DNA of 32,000 bases from Copranaerobaculum intestinale (GTDB taxonomy: Bacteria; Bacillota_I; Bacilli_A; Erysipelotrichales; Erysipelotrichaceae), in assembly GCF_009831105.1 (NCBI RefSeq), contig NZ_WUUQ01000004.1:59701-91700 (forward strand), read 5' to 3'. The notes beneath the pieces were generated by a model. That model made no database searches. It was not told the DNA's origin and saw only the letters and a program-made list of their open reading frames with translations. Positions 18,249 through 26,965 of the stretch are shown piece after piece. The translations under genes and the position numbers were made by a program. Within the stretch, counting starts at the first letter, position 1; each line of letters begins with the position of its first letter.

Positions 18249-18347
18249 ACGAATCAAAAAAAGAAGCGTCATCAATTCAAGCAAATTGCCATTATTTCTT
18301 TGCTTGTGTTAATGATGGTTGTATCCTTGATCGGAACTTTGTTATAA
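18249..18347 (+). pseudogene. Small single-TM ORF (32 codons) with ACG in the position expected for the start codon
   Basis: SD GGGAGG (18234-18239), 9 nt, then ACG AAT CAA... encoding (T)NQKKKRHQFKQIAIISLLVLMMVVSLIGTLL*. The stop abuts the operon terminator. There is no in-frame ATG/GTG/TTG before the TM segment. Confidence 0.3.
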
Positions 18348-18350
18348 CCT

Positions 18351-18383
18351 AAAAAAATGCAATTTCCTATTGCATTTTTTTTT
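18351..18383 (+). terminator. Intrinsic terminator of the pot operon
   Basis: Stem AAAAAAATGCAAT / ATTGCATTTTTTT, 5-nt loop, long T-tract. Confidence 0.8.
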
Positions 18384-18397
18384 GTTTATTATATAAT
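18370..18397 (+). promoter_or_regulatory. Candidate sigma-A promoter for the tRNA pair
   Basis: TTGCAT (18370-18375, inside the 3' arm of the terminator), 16-nt spacer, TATAAT (18392-18397); 28 nt upstream of tRNA-Cys. Confidence 0.5.
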
Positions 18398-18424
18398 TAG
18401 GAAGCACCGAGATTTTGATGAAAT

Positions 18425-18499
18425 GGTTCCGTAGCCAAGTGGTAAGGCAATAGACTGCAACTCTGTGATTCATCGGTTCAAATCCGATCGGAACCTCCA
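18425..18499 (+). tRNA. tRNA-Cys (anticodon GCA), CCA encoded
   Basis: Hand-folded cloverleaf:
- acceptor GGTTCCG/CGGAACC
- anticodon stem ATAGA/TCTGT with loop CTGCAAC
- T-arm ATCGG-TTCAAAT-CCGAT
- discriminator T followed by CCA. Confidence 0.9.
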
Positions 18500-18503
18500 T
18501 TTT

Positions 18504-18591
18504 GGGATCGTGGCGAAATAGGCAGACGCAACGGACTTAAAATCCGTTGGGAGTTAATCCCGTGGGGGTTCAAGTCCCCCCGTTCCCACCA
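18504..18591 (+). tRNA. tRNA-Leu (anticodon UAA), class II with long variable arm, CCA encoded
   Basis: Hand-folded cloverleaf:
- acceptor GGGATCG/CGTTCCC (one T-T mismatch)
- anticodon stem ACGGA/TCCGT with loop CTTAAAA
- variable arm GGGA-GTTAA-TCCC
- T-arm GGGGG-TTCAAGT-CCCCC. Confidence 0.85.
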
Positions 18592-18601
18592 TACTATAAA
18601 G

Positions 18602-18638
18602 AAAGTTGTATTTTCATATAGAAAATGCAACTTTTTTG
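18602..18638 (+). terminator. Intrinsic terminator after the tRNA pair
   Basis: 13-bp stem AAGTTGTATTTTC / GAAAATGCAACTT (one G-T pair), loop ATATA, then TTTTT. Confidence 0.75.
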
Positions 18639-18726
18639 TATATTTAACAATCGTTTTGTTATTTGAAGTTGCAGTCTGAAAGTTTTTAATCGTTCTCTTT
18701 TCTTACAATGTGGAAGGATTAAGCAT

Positions 18727-19455
18727 TTATCGCTTATTGCTGTAAAGAATAGAGAAATGATCATATTTGATAAAGGAATCGGAATATTCAAATACCACAC
18801 TATTGCTTAAACGTGAGATATGTGAAATATAAACAACCGGTTCAGTTTTTGGTATGTTTAAAAGCAGTGCGACATCATCGGGCGGCAGGATCACAGACAA
18901 CTGACTGGACCCATCCCCAATCACCAGATTCAGATTATTTTCAATAAAAGAATAAATTGAGCTTTTTAGACATGATAAAGGCAGATTGGGAATGATATCT
19001 TTGGTGATATAGGAATACTGAACGGCAAATGGTTTATCATTGCCAAATCGTACTCGTTCAAAGTAATGAACATAATCTTTGGGAAGGGCACCTAATTTTT
19101 TAGATAATCGATTATCCTGAAAATCCTTGATTCGGATAACGGTATAAAAAATCAGCTTGGTTGATACCTGATATCCTTTTTTTGAATATTCCTCAGAAAA
19201 AGAAGACATGTAAATACTCTGCTGACTCAGTTTTGGCGTACGTACATAACAACCGCTGCCCTGAATTTTTTCTATGAAGCCATTTTCAACCAATGCTTCA
19301 AAGGCCTTGTTTACGGTTGTACGACTGACTTCAAATTTTTCACAAAACCAGTGATGTGTAGGGAGCAGTGAATCAACCGCATAAGTTCCGCTGCGGATAC
19401 GTTCATAAATAAAGTTTTCTATCTGCTTATATTTGTACTTATCGTAATTGTTCAT
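18727..19455 (-). CDS. GntR-family (HutC/UTRA-type) transcriptional regulator
   Basis: N-terminal winged helix LPTHHWFCEKFEVSRTTVNKAFEALVENGFIEKIQGSGCYV with a UTRA-like C-terminal half. ATG 19455 is 8 nt after AAAGAGG; the track ORF starts at an upstream GTG. Divergent from the PTS genes. Confidence 0.85.
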   Translation of the reverse strand: MNNYDKYKYKQIENFIYERIRSGTYAVDSLLPTHHWFCEKFEVSRTTVNKAFEALVENGFIEKIQGSGCYVRTPKLSQQSIYMSSFSEEYSKKGYQVSTKLIFYTVIRIKDFQDNRLSKKLGALPKDYVHYFERVRFGNDKPFAVQYSYITKDIIPNLPLSCLKSSIYSFIENNLNLVIGDGSSQLSVILPPDDVALLLNIPKTEPVVYISHISRLSNSVVFEYSDSFIKYDHFSILYSNKR

Positions 19456-19730
19456 TCTCTTGACCTCTTTCCCATTCACTTCTCATTATAGCGGAACCGA
19501 ATGTTTTTTCAATAATTGGATAATTCATGAAAACATTACATGGTGAAACAGTCAAAGCTTTTAACAATTTCTGGTAATATAGATTTTTTTCAATACCAAT
19601 ACCATACAAATTAACAATTAATCATGGATATGTATGGGTTAATGATACTATGAAAGGGAATTAAGGACTACTTCGAAGGGTATCTGATTCATTGGTCGTG
19701 GATAGTATGAAAGAAGAGGAGGGATACTGT

Positions 19731-20507
19731 ATGACCACTATTCAAATTATCTTGTTAACAATCTTATCAGGTCTCATTATGATCGACTTTATGTCCGTGA
19801 AATTGACGGTACATAACACGATTATCACAGGTATTGTGGCGGGAATCATTATGGGGAATCCAACCTTAGGACTGATCGTAGGGGCAACGATGCAGTCGTA
19901 TGCACTTGGCTTAAATTATTTCGGAGGTGCTTCGATACCGAATTATCAGGTAGCCGCCATCATCGTGACGGCACTTTGTGAAGGTAAAGTCGGCAATATT
20001 GCTCAGGTTACCGCACTTGTCGGCATTCCAGTCGCAGCTTTGACGGTTCAGCTTGATGTGGTTGGGCGCGTTATCAACAGTTTCTGACAGCATCAGGTAG
20101 ATGCAGTAGTATCCACTGGTGATATTCGAAAAATCATGATTCGAAACCTAGGCGGTTTTCTGACCTGGTCGCTGACGCGAATGATCCCGGTATGTATTTG
20201 CCTGATGATCGGGCCGTCTCTGATTGAAAAGTTAAATACGGTTATGCCTACATGGTTCTTGAATGGTTTGTCAATCGCCAGCGGCATGTTCCCAGCTATC
20301 GGTTTTACCATTCTGCTGAAATATATGCCATTGAAAGGAAATATTCAATATCTCATCGTCGGGTTTATCTTAGCGGCATGCTTTAAAGCATCAACGATCA
20401 CCGTTGCCGCGATCGGTTTAGCAATCGCATTATTTGTTTACAATTTGGATAAAGGCAATAAGCAGTCAGTGACTGTGGGAGGCGATGGAGGAAACTATGA
20501 TGAATAA
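19731..20507 (+). pseudogene. PTS mannose/sorbose/GalNAc-family IIC component interrupted by one in-frame TGA (20085-20087)
   Basis: Track ORFs 19692..20087 and 20136..20507 are in the same frame with only one stop between them. Read through, the product is about 258 aa, collinear with ManY/AgaC. The stop falls in the conserved ...F-x-QH-x-x-D... block. Confidence 0.8.
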
Positions 20508-21327
20508 GGTGAATACTAACACATCTGAAAAATTATTCTCGAATAAAGAGCTGTACCGCATTACCTGGCGCTGGTCAAAGTGGCTGGCTACAATTTGGAA
20601 TTATGAAAAAATGGAAGCAGCCGGCTATCTGATCACGATGGCACCGGTGTTGGATAAAATCTATCAGGATGATGAGCAAGCAAGACTGCACGCTTATGAA
20701 GTAGAATCACAATTCTTTAACTGTGAAACGAATCTTGCCGCGATCATTTTCGGTATTGATATTGCAATTCAGGAGGAATTTAAAGAAGCAGGACTTGATA
20801 TGGCGCAGGCAGTTAAAACCAGCCTGATGGGTCCCTTTTCAGGAATTGGTGACACTCTGTTTTCCAGCGTTTTTGATGTGATCTTCGGATCTATTGCGGT
20901 AACTACCGGTTTACAGGGTAATTACATCGGTATTCTGCTGTGGGCAGTATGGATTTTCTTTGTGCCGTTCTTCTTAAGACCTTGGTTCTGCCGTCTTGGT
21001 TATCGTGAGGGTATCAAGCTGACAATGAGCTTAAATGAAAGTCTGGGCGAGCTCACGAAATGTGGCACGATTCTTGGATTGACGGTTATCGGTGCTATGA
21101 TTGCCACGATGGTCAATGTGAAATTTGGTACTATTCAATTTGATTCTTTTAAATTTGATGTCCAGAAGCAGCTCTTTGATGCGATTATGCCGAGCATTGG
21201 CTCCGGAGTTATTGCACTGCTGTGTTATAAATTTCTGGATAAGTTTGGGATGAAATCGGCGAGACTTATCTATATAGTGATTTTGATCAGTCTTGTCTTA
21301 TCATATTTTGGAATTTTGGTTGTATAG
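20497..21327 (+). CDS. PTS mannose-family IID component
   Basis: About 276 aa. N-terminal LYRITWRW...WNYEKMEAAGYL and multi-TM C-terminus typical of ManZ/AgaD. ATG 20497 is 5 nt after GGAGG. Confidence 0.85.
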   Translation: MMNKVNTNTSEKLFSNKELYRITWRWSKWLATIWNYEKMEAAGYLITMAPVLDKIYQDDEQARLHAYEVESQFFNCETNLAAIIFGIDIAIQEEFKEAGLDMAQAVKTSLMGPFSGIGDTLFSSVFDVIFGSIAVTTGLQGNYIGILLWAVWIFFVPFFLRPWFCRLGYREGIKLTMSLNESLGELTKCGTILGLTVIGAMIATMVNVKFGTIQFDSFKFDVQKQLFDAIMPSIGSGVIALLCYKFLDKFGMKSARLIYIVILISLVLSYFGILVV

Positions 21328-21418
21328 TTGTATCCATATATTTTCTAAAATTAATGTTTGATTTCACCGAAATTCTTATGAAAAAAGATAAGGTCTACAT
21401 TTATATTGGGAGGAAGAC

Positions 21419-21891
21419 ATGGAAATTGTAAATATTCGATTGGACTCAAGACTTATTCATGGACAGACAGCGGCAATGTGGACGGGAACGTTAAAGGCTA
21501 CCCGCATTATGGTTATTGATAATGATGTGGTGAAGGATGATATGATGAAAAGTCTTTTGCGGATGGCATGTCCGAAAGCATGCAAGCTGAGCGTTTTGGA
21601 TACAAAGGTTGCTACCGCAAATATCAAAATGAGAAAATACGAAGGTGACAGAATCTTTATCATTGTGAAGACCTCGGCTACCCTGGTTGAGCTTTTAAAG
21701 TGCGGCTTTCCGCTTGCAGATGTAACGATCGGTAATATCAATGGTCGAAATGATTCACGGGCAATCATGAAAACAATATGTGTAACTCCTGATGATGAAG
21801 ACAATTTTCACTATCTTCACGAACATGGGTCCGGATGTTTGCGCAGATGGTTCCGAGTAATGCAAGAGAGGATTTTATAAAATTATTATAA
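21419..21891 (+). pseudogene. PTS mannose-family IIB component with a 1-nt frameshift near the 3' end
   Basis: N-terminal RLDSRLIHGQ phospho-His motif. After ...LHEHG the annotated frame gives SGCLRRWFRVMQERIL*. The +1 frame gives VRMFAQMVPSNAREDFIKLL* (stop 21889-21891), which matches the AgaB-type C-terminus GVECFVQGVPTEPAVDLFKLL as I recall it. Confidence 0.75.
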
Positions 21892-21905
21892 GGAGGAAAC
21901 AAGAT

Positions 21906-23048
21906 ATGCTCATTGCAAGCAATCGTGTGTGGATCGATGAAGCATTCATTCCAGCCACCATTGAAATAGATGGAGGAATGATTAAGGCCATCCACAATAA
22001 GAAGCAAGCGAATGCAGTTGATTATCAGGATGCATGTATCATCCCGGGATTGATCGATATTCATACGCATGGTTATCAGGGAGGGGGAGCGGCAGACGGC
22101 AGTACTGCTTTTATTAAGAAATGGGCTGCATATTATCCCCAAGAGGGAGTTACAACCTTTTTGCCGGGAGTTAATATCACCACCGAGGAAAAAATCAAAG
22201 AATCATTAACGGCTATTGCAGATGCAATGGATGAAAAACCCGAAGGGGCGGAGATTTACGGTACCTTTTTACAGGCGCCGTTCATGAATCACAATTATTG
22301 CGGAACTTATAATAAATTTTTGTTGAAAGCACCGACGGTTGAACATTTGAAAGAATATATCGCATGTTCAAGAAATACGATCCGAACTATCAGTCTGGCT
22401 CCGGAAGCGGATAAAAATCATGAAACCTTAAAATACTGTGTGAAGCATCATATCAAAGTATGTCTGGGATTTTCAGGTGTTTCTTATGAGGAAGCAATGC
22501 AGGCAATCGATGAAGGTGCAAGCAATGTCGTACACTGTTTTAACTGCATGAGTCCAGCTTTCAGCCGAGAACCAAATCTGCCGGTTGCCGGTATGCTGCA
22601 TAAGAATGTTTTCTGTGAGGTAATGACCGATGGTATTCATGTTCATCCCGCAATCATGCAGCTGGTGGGAGAAATGAAAGGAAAGGATAAGCTTATATCC
22701 GTAACCGATTCGACTAGTTTAAAAGGATTGCCTCCTGGCATGTATACAGCGGAGGGAGGAGCTACTCGCGTATGTGAGGATGGAGTTGCTCGGCTGATGA
22801 ACGGGAAAATTGCCGGCAGCTTAAAGCCGATGATCGTAAATATCAAGGATATGCAGGAAAAAGGAAAGCTGCCGTTAGTAACCGCGATCAATGCGGTAAC
22901 GATCAATCCCGCTCGTATGCTGGGAATTGATGATCGAAAAGGATTGATTAAAGCGAACTACATAGCTGACCTTACGGTATATGATGCGGATTATCAAATC
23001 CTTCAGACCTATGTTCATGGGAAAGCGATGCTGTCATGTGCTTCCTGA
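21906..23048 (+). CDS. nagA: N-acetylglucosamine/galactosamine-6-phosphate deacetylase (amidohydrolase superfamily)
   Basis: 380 aa, with IDIHTHGYQGGG metal-binding motif. Position downstream of an aminosugar-type PTS. SD AAGGAGG. Confidence 0.8.
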   Translation: MLIASNRVWIDEAFIPATIEIDGGMIKAIHNKKQANAVDYQDACIIPGLIDIHTHGYQGGGAADGSTAFIKKWAAYYPQEGVTTFLPGVNITTEEKIKESLTAIADAMDEKPEGAEIYGTFLQAPFMNHNYCGTYNKFLLKAPTVEHLKEYIACSRNTIRTISLAPEADKNHETLKYCVKHHIKVCLGFSGVSYEEAMQAIDEGASNVVHCFNCMSPAFSREPNLPVAGMLHKNVFCEVMTDGIHVHPAIMQLVGEMKGKDKLISVTDSTSLKGLPPGMYTAEGGATRVCEDGVARLMNGKIAGSLKPMIVNIKDMQEKGKLPLVTAINAVTINPARMLGIDDRKGLIKANYIADLTVYDADYQILQTYVHGKAMLSCAS

Positions 23049-23503
23049 AGAAGAAAATCAGAAGCGGTGAGAAAATAAACATCTGAATATACTGATCAAT
23101 GGTAATAAAAAGCTGAGTATTCGTTATCAAAGCGATGATTACTGAATGGTTTTTAGAAATACCGCTGATCTCAGATAAAGATACGAAGAAACCAAAAGTG
23201 TTGATGCACCCCTTTTTCATTGGATAACAATGAAGGGAGGTGCTTTTTCATTTATCTGTTTATGATAATCAGACGCATATGATCGTATGTCAGTCATTTA
23301 TGATAAATTGCATATTTATTATTGAATGTCAGGCTTTCATCTCCATGTGCCTGTTATAAGCAGAAAATAGTCCTTGTCATTCCGGTCAATAATTGACGTG
23401 AGAATTGTATAAAATTCATGGTAAGCAGATGATTAACAAAGTTTCTCTTGAAGCTTTCACGGTTCACCGTTACAATTATCATAAATAAAAGGAGGATAGA
23501 AGC

Positions 23504-24724
23504 ATGAGTATAACATCACGTATGAATCCACGTTTTCAAAAAATTCAGGGAGGATTGTTCACGGAAGTTCAGAAGGCGGATGTGAGCGGTTCTTATATGG
23601 ATCTTGCCAAACAGGGCATCGATTTAATGGGATGGGCCGATCCCTTTACCCCTGATTATGTTTTACCTCAAAAGGTGAAAAAAGCATTTGTCGATGCGGT
23701 GAATGATCCTCTGGGAGCACATTATACCGCCCCGATCGGCAACGATGAATTAAAACAGATCATCGCTGAGAAAATTAAACGTCAAAATCATATTGAGGTG
23801 GATTGGCGCCGCAATTTACTGATAACTCCGGGCTCTGACTCAGGTCTGTATTATGCGATGCTCCCATTTATTGAATCGGGAGATGAGGTTATGGTTCCGG
23901 TGCCTTGTTACCCCAACAACCTGCAAAATATTCAAACTATGGGTGCAGAACCTGTCTATATCCCACTGCGAGCAGAAAATGGGTATCAATTTGATATAGC
24001 TGAATTTGAAAAAAGAATTAGTGACAGGACAAAAATGGTTGTTCTGACCCATCCTAATAATCCGACCACGACCGTGTTCACCAGAGCATCACTTGAGGCG
24101 CTTTGTGCCTTTATTGTAAAACATGATTTGATTTTGGTATGCGATCAGGCATTTGAAGATTATATTTATGATAATCGCGAGTATGTCACCCCGGCGGCTC
24201 TGCCAGGAATGTGGGAGCGCACGGTTACGGTTTTTTCGGTTTCCAAGGGCATGGGCTTTTCAGGTATCCGGGTAGGTTATCTCATGAGCTGTGATGCAGT
24301 TATGGATGTATTGTATGGGGCTGCGGTTTCGGTTATTGGGGCAACTCACACAATTTCACAGCTTGCGGTAATGGAAGCTTTTCGAGATATGTCCTTCATG
24401 AAGGAATTTGAAAAGGCATTCGAAGAGCGGCGTCATATGGCCTATGCACTGTTGAACAGCGTTCCGCATGTTTCAATGCAGCTGCCGGAATCAGGATTCT
24501 TATGCTGGGTGGATGTCCATGAGCTGGGCAGCGGTCAAGAGATTTACGAGTATCTTCTGAAGGAGGCAAAAGTAGCGGTTAACGCCGGTACTTCCTATGG
24601 ACCGGGCGGTGAAGGTCATATTCGCATTGTGTTAGGAGTATATCGTGATTCAACAAAAGTGTATGATGCGCTTCAGCGGATTGCGAAGGCTTTGTCACAT
24701 TATCCAAACGGCTGTGCAGATTAG
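23504..24724 (+). CDS. Pyridoxal-phosphate-dependent aminotransferase, class I/II
   Basis: 406 aa. HPNNPTT and SVSKGMGFSGIRVGY (PLP-lysine motif). SD AAAGGAGGA. Confidence 0.85.
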   Translation: MSITSRMNPRFQKIQGGLFTEVQKADVSGSYMDLAKQGIDLMGWADPFTPDYVLPQKVKKAFVDAVNDPLGAHYTAPIGNDELKQIIAEKIKRQNHIEVDWRRNLLITPGSDSGLYYAMLPFIESGDEVMVPVPCYPNNLQNIQTMGAEPVYIPLRAENGYQFDIAEFEKRISDRTKMVVLTHPNNPTTTVFTRASLEALCAFIVKHDLILVCDQAFEDYIYDNREYVTPAALPGMWERTVTVFSVSKGMGFSGIRVGYLMSCDAVMDVLYGAAVSVIGATHTISQLAVMEAFRDMSFMKEFEKAFEERRHMAYALLNSVPHVSMQLPESGFLCWVDVHELGSGQEIYEYLLKEAKVAVNAGTSYGPGGEGHIRIVLGVYRDSTKVYDALQRIAKALSHYPNGCAD

Positions 24725-24812
24725 CTTCACATATTGCATAATCCTCCTATCTTGCAAAACTGTTATGTTTTAAAATAGGGAAATATGGTAGAATAAAACA
24801 AGAGGTGACGCC

Positions 24813-25967
24813 ATGAAAATACATTATACGAAAGAAATGCAGCAGAAAATTTTGGTTTATGTTACAGCTGCCGGCATATCGCTTGCCATTTATTTCTTCT
24901 TTCAGCGTTTTGATAATATCAAAGCGGGATTCATGACGGTATTCAATCTAATTTTACCGTTTGTGCTGGGATTTGCTATTGCTTTCCTATTGAACTCACC
25001 GATGAAATTTATTGAGAGAAAACTCTTAAAACGTTTTAACTGGAAGAAAACGACGAAGCGCCGAATATCGGCAATTTCGGCGGTGCTGCTGGGATTATGC
25101 ATTGTCGCATTGTTTTTTGCTTTGCTGATACCACAGCTGATCGAGAGCGTTCTGCATCTTGCTAAGCGTGCTCCTTCCTATATCGAATCCTTCCAGGAAT
25201 TGCTGGATACCAGCATGGTTCGTTATAATCTCAATATGGATCAAATTGCAGATTTGATTGGTAAAAAACCGGATATACTCAATAATTTAACTGATATGTT
25301 CACCTCTGCGATCCCGCAGATGGTAAAGCTGTCCTATCAGTTTACCAGCGCGCTCCTGAACATCGTGCTGGGCATTATGGCCGGCTTATACATACTGTTG
25401 GACAAGGAACGCTTTCTGCTTCATGTCAAAAAAGCGAACTATGCGCTTTTTCCTAAAGATGTGGCAGACTATTTGGTTCGAACCAGCCGTGATACGGCAC
25501 TGATTTTTAATAATTTTATCATTGGTAAGGCTATCGATTCGATGATTATCGGTATCCTATGTTACATCGGTATGATGATCCTGCATTTACCGTATGCACT
25601 TCTATTATCGGTTATTGTTGGTGTAACAAATATGATACCGGTATTTGGACCGTTCATTGGAGCTGTACCGGGTATCGTCATTTTGTTGATTATTCATCCG
25701 ATTTATGCGGTATACTTCGCAATCTTTGTCTTGATTCTTCAGCAGTTTGACGGTAATATTCTGGGACCGTTGATCCTTGGTGATAAATTGGGACTGCCAA
25801 GCTTATGGATTTTATTTGCGGTAGTAGTAGGCGGCGGCTTGTTTGGGGTAGTCGGCATGTTCATCGGAGTACCGATCTTTGCGGTAATTTACGCCGCGGT
25901 TCGGGAATTTCTGAATTTCCGGTTGGAACGCAAAAAAATGGAAGTTTCCATTAAAGAGGATTCATGA
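24813..25967 (+). CDS. AI-2E family transporter (UPF0118/PerM-like)
   Basis: 384 aa, about 8 TM segments, conserved GVTNMIPVFGPFIGAVPG block. Confidence 0.8.
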   Translation: MKIHYTKEMQQKILVYVTAAGISLAIYFFFQRFDNIKAGFMTVFNLILPFVLGFAIAFLLNSPMKFIERKLLKRFNWKKTTKRRISAISAVLLGLCIVALFFALLIPQLIESVLHLAKRAPSYIESFQELLDTSMVRYNLNMDQIADLIGKKPDILNNLTDMFTSAIPQMVKLSYQFTSALLNIVLGIMAGLYILLDKERFLLHVKKANYALFPKDVADYLVRTSRDTALIFNNFIIGKAIDSMIIGILCYIGMMILHLPYALLLSVIVGVTNMIPVFGPFIGAVPGIVILLIIHPIYAVYFAIFVLILQQFDGNILGPLILGDKLGLPSLWILFAVVVGGGLFGVVGMFIGVPIFAVIYAAVREFLNFRLERKKMEVSIKEDS

Positions 25968-26011
25968 AAATACGCTGAATTGAAGGAGTGTGCTTCAATC
26001 AGCGTATTTTT
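25968..26011. terminator. Bidirectional terminator between convergent genes
   Basis: 16-bp stem AATACGCTGA(A)TTGAAG / CTTCAATCAGCGTATT with one bulge, flanked by A- and T-tracts. Confidence 0.8.
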
Positions 26012-26867
26012 ATTTGACCAGATAGTTTGCGATATTTGCGGAAGCGTCCTTAATACCCTTGATATTGGATGTTTTGCTTGACATGATAATGGTGACTCCC
26101 GGACCGTGACCACTGGTGTAAGAATCACTGTGAACAATAACTCCGATTGATACTGCGCCTTTTAAATAGTGCGGACCGTTGTGATTATCGTGATCTTCAA
26201 TTAATACAAAATCACCAAATTTAAGCTCATTGATTCCATATTTCGCATTGGCTTCTTTATCCTGGGTCATAATGTCATAGTCGCCGTTCATCATGGTGCT
26301 GCTTCCCAGACCTGAGCCCATAAGACAGGCAGGAATGCTGGTTACGACCGGAACCTCCAATATGCCGCCTTGCTCCTGAATCGGGAGCTGTTCAAACAGG
26401 TCAGGATCAATATTCATCATCTGAATGTCTTCATGGCCGATGATTTTCATTCCCTGTCCATATGCCCGGATCAGAATTTTGTCATCAATATTCATTTTGT
26501 CCAGAACAGCTCTTGGATAGTAAACCATTACATGATCAATGCCGCCGTGCTTACCGGTAACATAGCCGATGCTTCCAGCAGCTTCACCGCTGATTACTTT
26601 TGCTTGATTACCGATGCAGGCAAATGCCATCATGGCTGCATTCTCCCGTTCATCCGCATTTTTCATTGAAACACCGGGTTCGATATGATCACCCATGATA
26701 TTCATACAGGAATCACCGATTGCATAATTATATGTGATACCTCCGGTAGCCATCGGAATGCGCCCCCATCCGTCAAAGCCAACCCGATAACCGGAGCCGC
26801 TCATTACCGGATGATGTACGCGCCCCTGCACACTCTGCATAACCAGTTGATTTTTGTTGATTTTCAT
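26010..26867 (-). CDS. Conserved hypothetical protein, possibly DUF4438 family
   Basis: 285 aa, soluble, Gly/His-rich. ATG 26867 is 6 nt after GAGGAGG. The family assignment is from memory only. Confidence 0.55.
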   Translation of the reverse strand: MKINKNQLVMQSVQGRVHHPVMSGSGYRVGFDGWGRIPMATGGITYNYAIGDSCMNIMGDHIEPGVSMKNADERENAAMMAFACIGNQAKVISGEAAGSIGYVTGKHGGIDHVMVYYPRAVLDKMNIDDKILIRAYGQGMKIIGHEDIQMMNIDPDLFEQLPIQEQGGILEVPVVTSIPACLMGSGLGSSTMMNGDYDIMTQDKEANAKYGINELKFGDFVLIEDHDNHNGPHYLKGAVSIGVIVHSDSYTSGHGPGVTIIMSSKTSNIKGIKDASANIANYLVK

Positions 26868-26965
26868 AAATAACCTCCTCATCTTTTGGGTTATTATAAC
26901 ATATTTTCATTCCCTCAGCATACGATTGGACATTCTGATGATATAATAGCATTGAGGTGATGCAG

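Noticed and set aside
17971-18312. 113-aa plus-strand ORF overlapping the potD 3' end.
   Set aside because: - It is in a different frame inside a conserved binding-protein domain.
- The only interesting part downstream of potCD is in the other frame; see the ACG small-ORF finding.
20085-20087. In-frame TGA read as Trp (Mollicutes-type code 4) or as selenocysteine.
   Set aside because: - TGA clearly terminates well-conserved genes here (potA, potB, ATP-grasp, YjdF-like, int).
- No other conserved gene has an internal TGA.
- A membrane PTS IIC has no reason to carry Sec, and no SECIS-like hairpin follows.
22972-23220. 82-aa minus-strand ORF and the 455-bp gap before the aminotransferase gene.
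   Set aside because: - The ORF overlaps the nagA 3' end and lacks an SD.
- The gap holds a terminator-like hairpin (about 23207-23250) but no recognisable T-box or riboswitch.
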